Shown: in pieces, positions 1 to 12,592 of the stretch | How positions within the stretch are numbered: position 1 is the first letter of the stretch | Layout: every line of letters begins with the position of its first letter | Translations under genes and position numbers: made by a program | Notes under the pieces: generated by a model | What the model was told of the DNA's origin: nothing | Database searches by the model: none | What the model saw: the letters and a program-made list of their open reading frames with translations, nothing else | Source: Mobula hypostoma | Taxonomy: Eukaryota | DNA length: 64,000 nt | Assembly: GCF_963921235.1 (NCBI RefSeq) | Contig: NC_086097.1 | Span: 182,468,001 to 182,532,000, forward strand | Direction of reading: 5' to 3'

Positions 1-199
1 TTGCCTATCCCACCATCTCTTCCCTCCATCCAGAGGAGTGATTCTCCCTTTCAGGGGTCATTCCTTCCCTCCATTCCTCCCCAGGAGGGACCACCCCGCT
101 CTCCCAGGCATCATTCCACCCTGCTACCTTGGTATATTGTGTGTAGAGGCTGGAAGGGAGGATAGGCAGTGGGAGGTGCGTAACTGCAATCAGTTGGCT

Positions 200-890
200 G
201 GGTTGGAGTGCGTCTATTTTAATACAAGAAGTATCAGGAACAAGGGCAATGAACTTAGAGCATGGATTCAGTACATGGAACTACGCTGCTGTGACTATTA
301 CAGAGCCTTGGCTGTTATAAGGGCAGGAATGGCTGCTGGATGTTCTGGGGTTTGGAAGTTTCAAAAGAGACAAGGAAAGAGGTGAAAGAGGCTGGGAAAC
401 GGCATTGCTTATCAGGTGTAGAAAGGGAAGATGTCCTGGAGGGATTATCTTCTTTGTCAGTGTGGGTGGAAGTCAGTAAAAGGAAGGGAGCAATCACTCT
501 ACTGCCAGCATTCTATCGATAAAGACAGATTTTTGAAATATACAGAAATAACAGAGTCGTTTCCATGGGTGACTTCAGCTTCCCTGATATTAATTGCCCC
601 TCCTTAGTGCAAAAATGGCACAGAATATGTTAGGTGCGTCCAGGAGGAATTCATACATAATATGCAGATGGGCTGATTGAAGGAGAGGCTATACTGGATC
701 TAGTACTAGGCAATGAACCTGCTCCGATGTCAGATATCTCAGTGTGTCAGCATTTTGGAAACAGTGACCACAACTTCCTGACCTTTGTCATACCCTTGGA
801 CAGAGACAGGAGCTGATGGTATGAGAAAGTATTTAATTGGGGAAGGGTATAATAGAATTATCATTCCGTTAGGTAGGAACTTAGGAGTGT
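200..890 (+). mobile_element. Decayed CR1 LINE, ORF2 APE endonuclease region (outer element, left part)
   Basis: ORF fragment LECVYFNTRSIRNKGNELRAWI; DNA reading MGDFSFPDIN (about 566), ILDLVLGNEP (about 691) and HFGNSDHN (about 751); frameshifts and stops. Confidence 0.8.
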
Positions 891-3800
891 AACTGCTCTA
901 GCAGGTTTGACTTAGTTCAACTTTAAACTAAAGTTGGCAAGGGGTTGGGAACTGGAGCGATAGGGCTGAGGAGGGGCAGTTGATAAACAAGTCAATGCAG
1001 TGTGTAGTGAGACTGTGAGGAAGGACAGGGCAAAATTGCAGTCACTGGGATGAGTTGCAGTGTAACATGGGGGCAAAATCGAAAAGGGTGATAAATGTAG
1101 GTGTTATATTTAAATGCACGCAGTTTACAAAATAAGATAGATGTTCTTGCAGCACAGTTAAAGATTGACAGGTATGATGTTGTTGGCATCACTGAGATGT
1201 AGCTGAAAGAAGATCATAGTTGAGAGCTTAACATCCAAGGATACACCCCTTGTATCAAAAGGCAGGTAGGTAGGCAGAGGGGGTGGTGTGGCTATGTTGG
1301 TAAAAAATAAATCAAATCCTGAGAAAGGGGTGACATAGGATCGGAAGGTGTAGAATCTTTGTGGATAGAGTTAAGAAACTGCAAGGGTAAAAAGATCCAG
1401 ATGGGAGTTATATACAGGTCCCCGAACAGTAGCCAGGATGCGGGATATAAATTTCAACAGGAAATAGAAAAGGCAGGTAATAACGGCAATGTTATGATAA
1501 TCATGGGGGATTTCAATATGCAAATAGATTGGAAAAATCAGGTTGGTACTGGATCCCAAGAGATGGAATTTGTAGAATACCTACGAGATGGCTTTTTAAA
1601 GCAGCTTGTGGTTGAGCCCATTTGGGAAAAGGCAATACTGGATTGGATTTGATTAGAGATCTTAAGGTAGGAGAACCCTTGGGAGACAGTGATCATAATG
1701 ATATAATTCACCCAGCAGTTTGACAGGGAGAAGATAAAGTCAGATGTATCAGTATTACAGTGGAGTAACAGGAATTGCAGAGGTGTGAGTGAGTAGCTGG
1801 CCAAGGCTGATTCGAAGGGGATGACAGCAGAACCACAAAGGCTGGAATTTCTGGGGGCAATTCAGAAGGTGCAAGATACATCCCAAAGATGAAAAAGTAT
1901 TCTGAAGGGAGGATAAGGCAACAGTGGCTGACAAGGGAAGTCAATGACAGCATAAAAGCACAAGAGAGGGCATATAATATAGCAAAAATTAGTTGGAAAT
2001 TAGAGGATTTTGGAGATTTTTAAAAGCCAACAGAAGGCAACAAAAAAAAAATCTATAAGGAGAGAACAGATGAAATATGAAGGTAGGCCAGCCAATAATA
2101 TAAAAGAAGATAGCATAAGTTTTTTTTCAGATACATAAACAGTAAAAGACTGACAAGAGTGGATTTGGAAAATGACGCTGGAAAGGTACTAATGGGGCCA
2201 AAGAAATAGTGGACAAATGTAATAAGTATGCATCAGTTTTCACTGTGGAAGACACTAGCAGTATGCCAGAAATTTGAGAGTGTCGGGGGGCAGAAGTGAG
2301 TGAAGTTGCTATCACTAAGGAGAAAGTGATTGAGAAACGGAAAGGTCTGTAGGTAGGTAAGTCACCTGGCCAGGTGGAATACACCCCAGGGTTCTGAAAG
2401 AGGTGGCTGAATAGGACTGTGGAGGCATTAGCAATGATCTTTCAAGTATCATTAAATTCTGGAGTGGTTCCTGAGGACTGGAAAATTGCAAATATCACTC
2501 CACTATTTAAAAGGAGAGGCAGAAGAAAGGAAATAATGGGCCAGTTAACCTGACTTCCGTGGTTAGGAAGATGTTGAAGTCCATTGTTAAGGGTGAGGTT
2601 TCTGGATACTTGGAGGCACATGATAAAATAGGTCAAAGTCAGCATGGTTACCTTAAGGGGAAATCTTGCCTGACAAATCTGTTGGAATTCCTTGAGGAAA
2701 TATCAGGCAGGATAGACAAGGGAGAATCAGTTGATGTTGAGTACTTGGATTTTCAGAAGGCCTGATGAACCTGTTGGAATTCTTTGAGGAGATTATGAGT
2801 AGGATAGATAAAGGGGATGCAGTGGATGTTGTATATTTGGACTTTTAGAAGGCCTTTGACAAGGTGCCACACATGAGGTTGCTTAATAAGATAAGAGCCC
2901 ATGATATTACAGGAAAGATACTAGTATGGATAGAAGACAGGCTGACATCAGGAGGCAAAAAATGGAAATAAAGGGGGCCTATTCTGGTTGGCTGCTGGTG
3001 ACGTTGTATTTTGCAGGGTTCAGTATTGTGACCGTTTCTCTTCACATCATACGTCAACAATTTGGGTGATGGAATTAATGACTTTGTGGCCAAGTTTGCA
3101 GACGATACAAAAATATATGGAGGGTCAGGTAGTGTTGAGGAAGCAGGGAGTCTGCAGAAGGACTAGGACAGATTATGAAAATGGGCGAAGTGGCAAGATG
3201 GAATATAGTGTAGGGAAGTGTATGGTCATGCACGTTGGTAGAAGGGAGAAAGGCATGGACTATTTTCCAAATAGGGAGAAAATTCAAAAATCAGAGGTAC
3301 AAAGGGACTTGGGAGACTTCATGTAGGATTCCCTAAGTGTTAACTTGTAAGTTAAGTCGGTGATAAGGAAGGCAAATGCAATGTTAGCATTCATTTCAAG
3401 AGGACTATAATATAAGAACAATGATGTGATGCCAAGGCTTTATAAGGCATTGGTCAGACTGCACTGGGAGTATTGTGAACAGTTGTGGGCCTCTTAATTA
3501 ATAGATGTGCTAGCATTGGAGAGGGTCCAGAGGAGGTTCATGAGAATGATCACAGGAATGAAAGGGTTAAGGTGTGAGGAGTGTTTGATAGCTGTGGGCC
3601 CGTACTAGCTGGGGTTAGAAGAATGAGGAGGGATTTCATTGAAACCTATTGAATATCAAAAGGAGTAGACAGTGGATGTGTAGAGAATGTTTCTTATACT
3701 GTAGTTGGTTAGTCTGGGACCAGAGAGCACAGCTTCAGAATAGAGGGATACCCACTTAGAACAGAGATGGGAAGGAATTTCTTCAGCCAGAGGGTGTGGA

Positions 3801-4020
3801 ATCTATGGAATTTATTGCTACGGACTGCTGTGAAGGCCAAGTCATTGAGTCTATTTAAAGCAGAAGTTGATAGGTTCTTTGTTGATCAGGTTGTCAAAGG
3901 TTTCGGGGAGAAGGCAGGAGAATGGGGCTGAGAGGGATAAGTCAGCCATGATGGAATGGCAGAGAAGACTTGATTGGCCAAGTGGCCTAATTCTGCTCCT
4001 ATGTCTTAGGATTTTATGGT
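891..4020 (+). mobile_element. 5'-truncated decayed CR1 LINE with most of ORF2 (APE + RT) and 3' UTR
   Basis: Fragments WIELRNCKG..GVIYRSPNS..MGDFNMQIDW, EDWKIANITPLFK, QHGYLKGKSCLTNLLEF, YLDFQKAF and KFADDTK; CR1-type 3' end ggcctaattctgctcctatgtctta at about 3985-4010. Many disabling mutations. Confidence 0.9.
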
Positions 4021-4680
4021 GAATTGGGAATGGATGTAGTCAAGAAAATGCACAACAGAGAAGTGGAGGTTGTTTCGGGAGTGTTCTGTATAGGTTTGAT
4101 CCATTGATGCAGGAAGAGGATGGTGGGGTGAAGGAACCATGGTTGACAAGAGATGTGGAACATCTAGTCAAGAGGAAGAGTGATATGAGAAGGCCTTGGC
4201 AAGTAGGATTAGGGAAAACCCCAAGGCGTTCTAGACATACATGAAGAAAAGGTGGATGACTAGAATGAAGGTAGGGCCAATCAGGGATAAAAGTGGAAAC
4301 GCTCCTGGAGTTGGAAGAGGTGATAGTGGTGGAGGTGGGGTCCTTAATGAATACTTTGCTTCAGTATTCACCAGTGAGAGGGACTTTGAAAAATGTGGTC
4401 AGTGTAGAACACACTGAAATGCTGGAACATATCGACATTAAGAAAGGATATGCTGGAAATTCTGAAAAACGTTAAGATACTTAGATATATAAGATAGATA
4501 AGAAGTGAGTGAAGAGGTTGCTACACCTTTGACAATGATCTTTGTGTCTGCACTGGCCACAGGAATAGCGGCAGAAGATCAGAGGGTGGCAAGTGTTATT
4601 TCTTTGTTCAATAAGGATATTGTAATAGTGATAACCCTCAGAACTATAGGCCAGTGAGTCTTACATAAGTGATGGCAAAC
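4021..4680 (+). mobile_element. Decayed CR1 LINE, continuation of the outer element (post-endonuclease linker to RT start)
   Basis: EPWLTRDVEHLVKRK, RENPKAF, LNEYFASVFT and NYRPVSLT-like reading frames; resumes where 200-890 stops. Confidence 0.75.
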
Positions 4681-4795
4681 AAGTTAGTCAGTCAGAGATA
4701 CAGCACAGTATCAGGTCCTTCTGGCCCAGTGAGCCTGCACCGCCCATTAAAAACAACAGTGGAACTGAACCCAGATTTCTGGCACTGAAATAATG
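4681..4795 (-). mobile_element. Short SINE or CR1 3'-tail fragment
   Basis: agagatacagcacagtatcaggtccttctggccc is the reverse complement of a CR1/SINE-type 3' tail; ggaactgaaccc resembles a reversed tRNA B-box. Confidence 0.45.
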
Positions 4796-4796
4796 T

Positions 4797-5180
4797 TTAG
4801 TATTATTAAGGATCCCACTCATCCATCCCCATCCCTCTTTGACTTTCTACCATCAGGCAGGAGACTATGATACATAAAAGCAAGAACAGTCAGGATGAGA
4901 AACAATTTCTTCCCCCAGGCCATTAGGCTTCTGAACTCCTGGCCGCATTGTATTCGAAGTTTCATTGGTTAATCTGTTCTGTACCTTACAATATTTGATA
5001 TTAATACACTTTAGTTTGTTATTTATGTGTGATTCATCTGTAGATTTTCTCCTTACCTTCATTAGGTATTGTGTGTGATATGTTTTTCACCTAGTTCGAA
5101 GAAACATTGTCGTTTCTATATACATTATATATGTGATACACATGTATGTAGTTAAATGACAATAAACTTGACTTGACTTG
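4797..5180 (+). mobile_element. Rex1/Babar-type LINE 3' end with 3' UTR and (ACTTG)n tail
   Basis: Reads IIKDPTHPSPSLFDFLPSGRRL*YIKARTVRMRNNFFPQAIRLLN, matching the typical DP.HP...F..LPSGRR...T.R...SFFP.AIRLLN C-terminus; ends AATAAACTTGACTTGACTTG. Confidence 0.7.
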
Positions 5181-5194
5181 TGATGTGTGAAGGA

Positions 5195-5495
5195 ATCTCC
5201 AGTGCAGTCACATCCTTCCTAAAGTGTGGTGACCAAAACTGTGTACAAGATTCCAGCTGAGGCCCGAATGATATTTTATAAAGTTGTACTTTAAGTTCTC
5301 TGCTATTGCCCCAGCTAATGAAGGCAAGTATCCTGTTTCCTTTCCCCACTATCACTGCCACCTTCAGGGATCATTGGACATGTAGTCCGAGGTCTCCCTG
5401 TTCCTCAGTATTCCCTCAGGCCCTACCATTCATGGTCTTTGTCCTACCCTCAAATAGTCCTCCAAAAGAGTATCAACATTAATTCCATCTGCTGA
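5195..5495 (-). mobile_element. CR1 ORF2 C-terminal fragment
   Basis: ORF 5152..5361: LAFISWG..LYK..GPQLESCTQFWSPHFRKDVTALE. Confidence 0.75.
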
Positions 5496-5519
5496 CTTTA
5501 TCATCGGATCAGAATCAGG

Positions 5520-6990
5520 GTAATCACATCTGCACCAGGTGCACTGTGCTGTGGCTCCTCTGAGAATGTATTAAGGAACTGGAGTTGTAGCTTGATGACC
5601 TTCAGCTCATACAGGAGACCGAAGAAGTGTTAGTTTGGAGCTACAGGAAGGTAGTCACCCCTAGGTTGCAGGAGGCAGGTAACCAGGTGACTGTCAGGAG
5701 AAGGAAGGGAAATGGGCAGCCAGAGCAGTGCATCACTGTGGCCAATTCCCTCAATAATAAGTATTCCCATTTGGATACTGTTCAGCGGGATAGCCTACCA
5801 GGGCGAACCACAGTGACTGGGTCTCTGGCACTGAGTTTGGTGCTGTGGATCAGGAGAGAAGAGAGGTGAAGAGGAATGGAGTGAGTGCCATTGCCATTAC
5901 GAAGGAAAAAGTGTGAGGCAGACTGGAAGGTCTTAAGTTGGATAAGTCACCAAGACCAGATGGACTACATCCGAAAGTCCTGAAAGAGGTGGCTGAAGAG
6001 ATACTGGATGCACTGGTCATGATCTTTGAAGAATCACTTGATTCTGGCATGGTCCCGGAGGACTAGAAAATTGCAAATGTCATCCTACTTTTAAGAAGGG
6101 AGGAAGACAAAAGAGAGGAAATTATAGGCCAGTTAGCCTAACCTCATTTGTTGGAGTTCATTATTAAGGACGAGGTTTTGGGGTACTTGGAGATTAATGA
6201 TAAAATAAGTCAAAATTAGCATGGATTCTGTGAAGGGAAATCTCGCCTGACAAATCTGTCAGAATCCTTTGAGGAAGTAACAAGTAGGGTGGACAAAGGA
6301 GAGGCAGTGGATGTCATTTACTTAGATTTTCAGAAGGCATTTGATAAGGTGCCTCACATAAAGCTGCTTAACAAGATAAATTCCTATGGTGTTACAGAAA
6401 GGATACTGGCATGCATAGAAGAATGGCTGACAGGCAGGAGGCAGTAAGTGGGAATAAAGGAGGCCTTTTCTGGTTGGTTGCCAATGACTAGTGGTGTTCC
6501 TCAGGGGTCAGTATTGGGACCGCTACTTTTGACATTTTTGTCAATGATTTCAATAGTGGAATTGATGGCTTTGTGGCAAAGTTAGCAGATGATACGAAGA
6601 TCGGTGGAGGGGTAGGTAGTGCTGAGGAAGTAATGCAATTGCAGTAGGGCTTGGACAAATTGGAGGAATGGACAAAAATGTGGCAGATGGAAGACAATGT
6701 TGGGAAATGTATGATAATGCATTTTGGTAAAAGGAACAAAAGTGCAGACTATTATCTAAAGTATAAAGTATAAAGTATAAATGGGAAGAAAATTCAAACA
6801 TCAGAGGTGCAAAAGGACTTAGGAGTCCTCGTGCAAGATTCCCAAAAGGCTAATTCATAGGTTGAGTCTGTGATGAAGAAGGCAAATGGAATGTTGGCAT
6901 TTATTTCAAGGGAAATAGAATATAAAAACAAAGCAATAATGCTGAAGCTTTATAAGACATTAGTCAGGTCGCACTTGGAGTATTATCAAA
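5520..6990 (+). mobile_element. CR1 with ORF1 fragment joined directly to ORF2 RT region (internal deletion or chimera), 3'-truncated
   Basis: 5520-5870 is ORF1-like (HICTRC; YRKVVTPRLQEAG..VTVRRRKG; LNNKYSHLDTV). From about 5875 it reads ORF2: DKSPRPDGLHPKVLKE, YLDFQKAFDKVPH, SGVPQGSVLGPLL, KLADDTK. It breaks off at about 6990. Confidence 0.8.
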
Positions 6991-7002
6991 TTGTCAATAG
7001 TT

Positions 7003-10000
7003 TTAGACCTGAAGACCAGAAGATATAAGAGCAGAATTAGTCCATTTGGCACTGAGTCTGCTCTGCCATTCAATCATGGCTGATCTCTTTTTTCCCTTCT
7101 CAACCCCATTCCCAGCTTTCTCCCCGTAACTTTTGATGTTGTGCCCGATCAAGAACCTATCAATATCTGCCTTATACACACCCAATGGCCTGGCCTCCAC
7201 AGCTGCCTGTGGTAACAAATTCCACAAATTCACCAACCTCTGGCTAGAGAAATTTCTCCCATCTCTGTTTTAAATGGAAGCCCCTCTATCATGAAGCTGT
7301 GCTCTCTAGTCCTAGACTCCCCCACCATGGAAGACATCCTTTCCACATATACTTTGTTTAGGCCTTTCAACATTTGAAAGGTTTCAGTGAGATCCCTCCT
7401 CATTCTTCTAAATTGCAGAGAGTACAGACCCAGGGCCATCAAACGTTCCTCATATGATAACCCTTTCATTCCTGGAATCATCCTTGTGAACCTCCTCTGG
7501 ACCATCTCCAATGCCAGCACATCCTTTACTTAGATGAGGAGCCCAAAACAGTTCACAATACTCAAGGTGAGGCCTCACCAGTGCCTTATAAAGCCTCAAT
7601 ATCACATTCTTGCCCTTATCTTCTGGACCTCTTAAAATGAATACTAACATTGTATTTGCCTTCCTCACCACTGACTCAACCTGTAAGATAGCCTTTTGGG
7701 TGTTCTGCATAAGGACTCCCAAGACCTTTTGCATCTCAGGTTTTTGGATTTTTTCCCTGTTTAGAAAATAATCTGCACATTTATTTCTACTACTGAAGTT
7801 CATGACCATGCATTTTCCAACATTGTGTTTCATTTTCCACCCTCTTCCTTATTCTCCTAATCTGTCTAAGTCCTTCCGCATCCTACCTGTTTCCTCAACA
7901 CTACCTGTCCATCCACCAATCTTCATATCATCTGCAAACTTGGCAACAAAACCATCTATTCCATCATCTAATTCATTGATATACAGCATAAAAAGAAGCG
8001 GTCCCAACACCGACCTTGCGGAACAACACTAGTCACTCTCAGCCATCCAGACAAGGATCCTTTTATTTCCACTCACTGCCTCCTACCAATCAGCCAATGC
8101 TCTAACCATGGTAGTAACTTTCCTGTAATTCCATGGGTTCCTAACTTGGTAAGCAGCCTCATGCATGGCACCTTGTCAAAGGCCTTCTGAAAATCCAATT
8201 ATACAACATCCAGTGCAAACCCTTGATCTATCCTACTTGTAATCCCTGCAAAGAATTCCAACAGGTTCATCAGGCAAGATTTTCCCTTAAGAAAACCATG
8301 CTGACTTGTCCTGTCTTATCCTGTGTCATCAAGTACTCCATAACCTCATCCTTAACAATTGACTCCAACATCTTCTCAATCACTGAGGTCAGGCTAACTG
8401 ATCTGTAGTTTCCTTTCTGTTGCCATCCTCCTTTCTTAAAGAGTGGAGTGACATCTGCAGTTTTCCAATCTTCTGGCATTATGCCAGAGTCCAATGATTT
8501 TTGAAAGATTGCTAATGTCTCCACAAGGTCTAAAGCTACCTCTTTCAGAACCCTAGAGGGTGCAGTTCATTTGGTCTGGGTGACTCATATACCCTCAGGT
8601 CTTTCAGCTTTTTGAGCAACTTCTCCCTTTGTAATAGTAACTGCACTCACTTCTCTCCCTTCATACACTACGACATCTGGCACACCGCTACTGTCTTCCA
8701 CGGTGAAGACTGAAGCAATGCACTCACTTAGTTCATCTGCCATCTCCTTGTCTCCCATTATTATTTCTCTGGCCTCATATTCTAGTGGTCCTATATCCAC
8801 CCTAATCTCTCTTTTGTTTTTTACATACTTGAAAAGGTTTTTACTATCCACTTTGATATTGTTTGCTAGCTTGCTTTCATATTTCATCTTATCCCTTCTA
8901 ATGATTTTTTGATTTTCTCTCAAAGGTTTTTAAAAGCTTCCCAATCCTCTATCGTCCCACTATTTTTTACTTTGTTTTATGCCCTCTCTTTTGTTTTCAC
9001 AATAGCTTTGACTTCCCTTGTCAGCCATGGTTGTCTATTTTTCCATTTGAGTATTTCTTCATTTTTGGAATACATCTGTCCTACACCTTCCTCATTTTTC
9101 CTCGAAAGTCATGCCATTGCCGATCTGCTGACATCCCTGCCAGCAGCTTCTTCCAATTTACTTTGTTCAACTCCTCTTGCATACCACCGTAATTTCCTTT
9201 ACTCTACTGAAATACTGCTACATCAGACTTTACTTTCTCCCTATCAAATTTCGAGTTGGACTCAGTCATATTGTGATCACTAGCTCCTGAGGACTCTTTT
9301 ACCTTAAGCTCCCTAATCACCTCTGTCTGGTTCATTACATAGCACCCAATCCAGTATAGCTGATCCCCTGGCAGGCTCAATGACAAACTGCTCTAAAAAG
9401 CTATCTCATAGGCATTCAACAGACTCTCTCTCTTGAGATCCATTACCAACCTGATATGACAGTCATGGGAGATTTTAACATCAACCTGCATGTTAAAATC
9501 TCTCATGACTATCACAACATTGCTCTTTTGACACACCTTTTCTATTTCCTGTTGTAATCTGTGGTCCACATCCCAGCCTCTGTTGGGAGGCCTACATATA
9601 ACTGCCATCAGAGTCCTTTTACCCTTGCAGTTTCTTAACTCAACCCACAACGATTCACCATCTTCCGATCCTATGTCACATCTTTCCACTGATTTGATGC
9701 CAGTCCTTACCAGAAGAGCCACGCCACCCCCTCGGCCTACCTTCCTATCCCTCCAATACAACGTGTAACCTTGGACATTCAGCTCCCAACTAAAACCATC
9801 CTTCAGCTATGATTCAGTGACGGCCACAACGTCAAACCTGACAATCTGTAATAATGCAAACAAGATCATCCACCTTATTTCTTGTACTCCATTCATTGAG
9901 ATATAACACTTTGAGTACCGTATTTGCTACCCATTCTGATTCTGCATCCCTAATGCACTGATACTCACCCTGCTGGCTGCAATTATGTCCTACCATCTTC

Positions 10001-10410
10001 CTGCCCTTCCTGACAGTCTGACTGCATGCTATCTTTGCTTTTTTACCATCCGTCCTATCCTGAGTCCCATCACTGTGGTTCCCACCCCCCCTGCCAAATT
10101 AGCTTAAACCCTCCCTAAAAGCTCTAACAAACCTGCCCATGAGAATACTGGTCCCCCTCAGCCTCATGTTCATCTGCCAAATCATCCTGTTTCTTCCCTC
10201 ACTGGCGTGTGGCACAGACAGCAATCCAGAAATTACTATCCTGGAGGTCCTGCTTCTCAGCTTTCTACCTAGCTCTCTAAATTCTCTCTTCAGGACCTCA
10301 TTGCTTTTCCTTCCTATGTGTTTGGTACCCATATGTACCAAGTCGTCTGGCTGTTCCCTCTGATTCGAGATGTCCCTGACCCTGGTACATAAGAGGCAAC
10401 ATACCATCCA
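7003..10410 (-). mobile_element. Decayed CR1 LINE: ORF1 esterase end, ORF2 (APE + RT) and 3' UTR
   Basis: Ordered minus-strand fragments: 10099..10407 (SGNH-esterase-like VHMGTKHIG..SGLLSVP), 9393..9761 (APE), 8585..8923, 8270..8524, 7450..7833, 7230..7520, 7003..7236. Confidence 0.9.
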
Positions 10411-10499
10411 GGGGTCTCGCTCAAGGATGTATTGTCATTAGAGAGTCTAGATGAAGTTCACGGGGATGATTCTGGGAACGAAGGGGTTAATAAACTAGG

Positions 10500-12592
10500 G
10501 TATGTTGCCTCCCACCCAGTGCCAGGGTCAGGGGTGTGTCGGATTGGGTCTATGGTATTCTCAAGGGCAGGGGTGATCAGCCAGAAGTCTTGGTTCATAT
10601 TGGCACCAATGACATAATTCAGGAAAAGTGAGAATGTCCTGAAGAGAGATTTTAGGGAGCTGGGTAGAAAGCTGAAAATCAGGATCTCCAGGGTAGGAAT
10701 CTCTGGATACAGTGAGGGTAAGAATAAGATGAATGAGTGGCTGAGGAAATGGTGCAGGGAGCAGGGGTTCAGATTTCTGGATCATTGTGACCACTTCTGG
10801 GGAAGGTACGACCTGTACAAAAGGGATGGGTTACACCTGAACCCGAAGGGGACCAATATCCTTGTGGGTGAGTTTGCTAGAGCTGTTCAGGGGGGTTTAA
10901 AGTAATTTGGCTGGAGGAATGGGAAACAAAGTGCTGAGGATGAGGTAGTTAGTTTACAAACAGAGGCAGTGTGTAGTGAGACTGCAAGCAAGGAGAGGCT
11001 GACGATAGGGCAAAATTGCAGTCAACAGGATGAGTTGCAATTTAAAAGTCGGAAAAAATTGAAAGGGATGATGAATTCAGGACTGGAGGTGTTATCTTTG
11101 AATGCGCACAGTATACGGAATAAGCTAGATGAATTTGTTGCACAGTTACAGATTGGCATGTATGATGCGGGCTTCACTGAGTGGTGGCAGGAAGAAGTTT
11201 ATAGCTGGGAGCTTAACATCCAAGAATATACATTGTATCAAAGGGATAGGTGGGTAAGCAGAGGGGGTGGTGTGGCTCTGTTGGTAAAAATTGAAATCAA
11301 ATCATTAGAAAGAGGTGACATAGGGCTGGAAGGTATTGAATTGTTGTGGTTAGAGCTAAGGAACTGCAAGAGTAAAAAGACAATGAATGGAGTTATTTAC
11401 AGACACCAAAACAGTAAGGATGTGGTCTACAAATTACAAAAGGAGATACAAAATGCATGCCTAAAGACAATGTTACAATAGTCATGGGGGATTTCAATAT
11501 GCAGGAGAGTGGGAAAGTCAGATTGGTGCTGGATCCCAACAGGGGGGATTTCTAGAATGTCTACAAGATGACACTTTGGAGCAGCTTGTGGTTTCGCCCA
11601 CTAGGGGATCAGCTATTCTGGATTGGGTATTGTGCAATGAACCAAAATTGATTAGGGAGTTTAAGGTAAAGGAACCCTCAGGATAAAGTGATTGTAATAT
11701 GATAGAATTCAACCTGTAATTTGGAAGCTAAAGTCAGATGTATCATTACAGAGGAGTAAAGGGAATTAAAAGGACACGAGAGAAGGCTTGGCCAGAATTG
11801 ATTGGAAAAGAACACTGGCAGGGATGACAGCAGAGCAGCAATGGCTAGAAATTCTGGAAGCAACTGGGAAGGTGCAGGATATATCGATCCCAAAGAGGAA
11901 GAATTATTCCAGAGGAAGCGTGACAGAATAATGGTTGACAAGAGCAGCCAAGGCCAACATAAAAGCAAAAGAGGGGATATATAATGGAGCAAAATTAGTG
12001 GCAATTTAGAGGATGGGAAGCAGGATTGCCAACAGAAGGCAACTAAAAATGTCACACAGAAAGATATCTTGGATACAAAGATATCTTGGATATCTTGGAT
12101 ACAAAAGTAAGCTAGCCAATAATATTAAAGAGGATACCAAAAGTTTCTTTAGATACAGAAAGCGTAAAAAGGTGAGAATGGATATCGGACCACTGGTAAA
12201 TTGATGCTGGGGAGGTAGTAATGGGGGGACAAGGAAAAGGTGGAAAAACTGAATAAGTATTTTGCATCGGTATTCACTGTGAAAGGCACTAGCAGTATGC
12301 CAGAAGTTCGAGAGCGTCAAGGGGCAGAAGTGAATGTAGTCGCTATCACTAAGGAGAAGGTGCTTGGGAAGTGGAAAGATCTGAAGGTAGATGAGTCACC
12401 TAGCCAGATGGACTACACATCAAAGTTCTGAAGAGATTGTGGAGGCTTTAGTAATGATTTTTGAAGAATCGTTAGATTATGGAATGGTTCCTGAGGACTG
12501 GAAAATTGCAAATGTCACTCCAGTGTTTAGGAAGGGAGGGAGGCAGAAGAAAGGAAATTATTGGTCATTTAGCCTGACTTCTGTGGTTGAGA
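10500..12592 (+). mobile_element. Decayed CR1 LINE: ORF1 esterase end and ORF2 N-terminal half
   Basis: VHIGTNDI and DGLHLN.KG-type ORF1 DNA at 10590-10900; ORF 10969..11481 (LNAHSIRNKLDE...GRGGGVALLVK); 12240..12590 (LNKYFASVFT; EDWKIANVTPVFRKG). Confidence 0.88.

Noticed and set aside
1..130. Possible Penelope-like fragment; similarly a faint CR1 remnant at about 18000-18110
   Set aside because: Too short and degenerate to support without a library search.
6757..6781. (TAAAGTA)x3 and the similar GATATCTTGGATA duplications at 12061-12107
   Set aside because: Ordinary local slippage inside dead CR1 copies.
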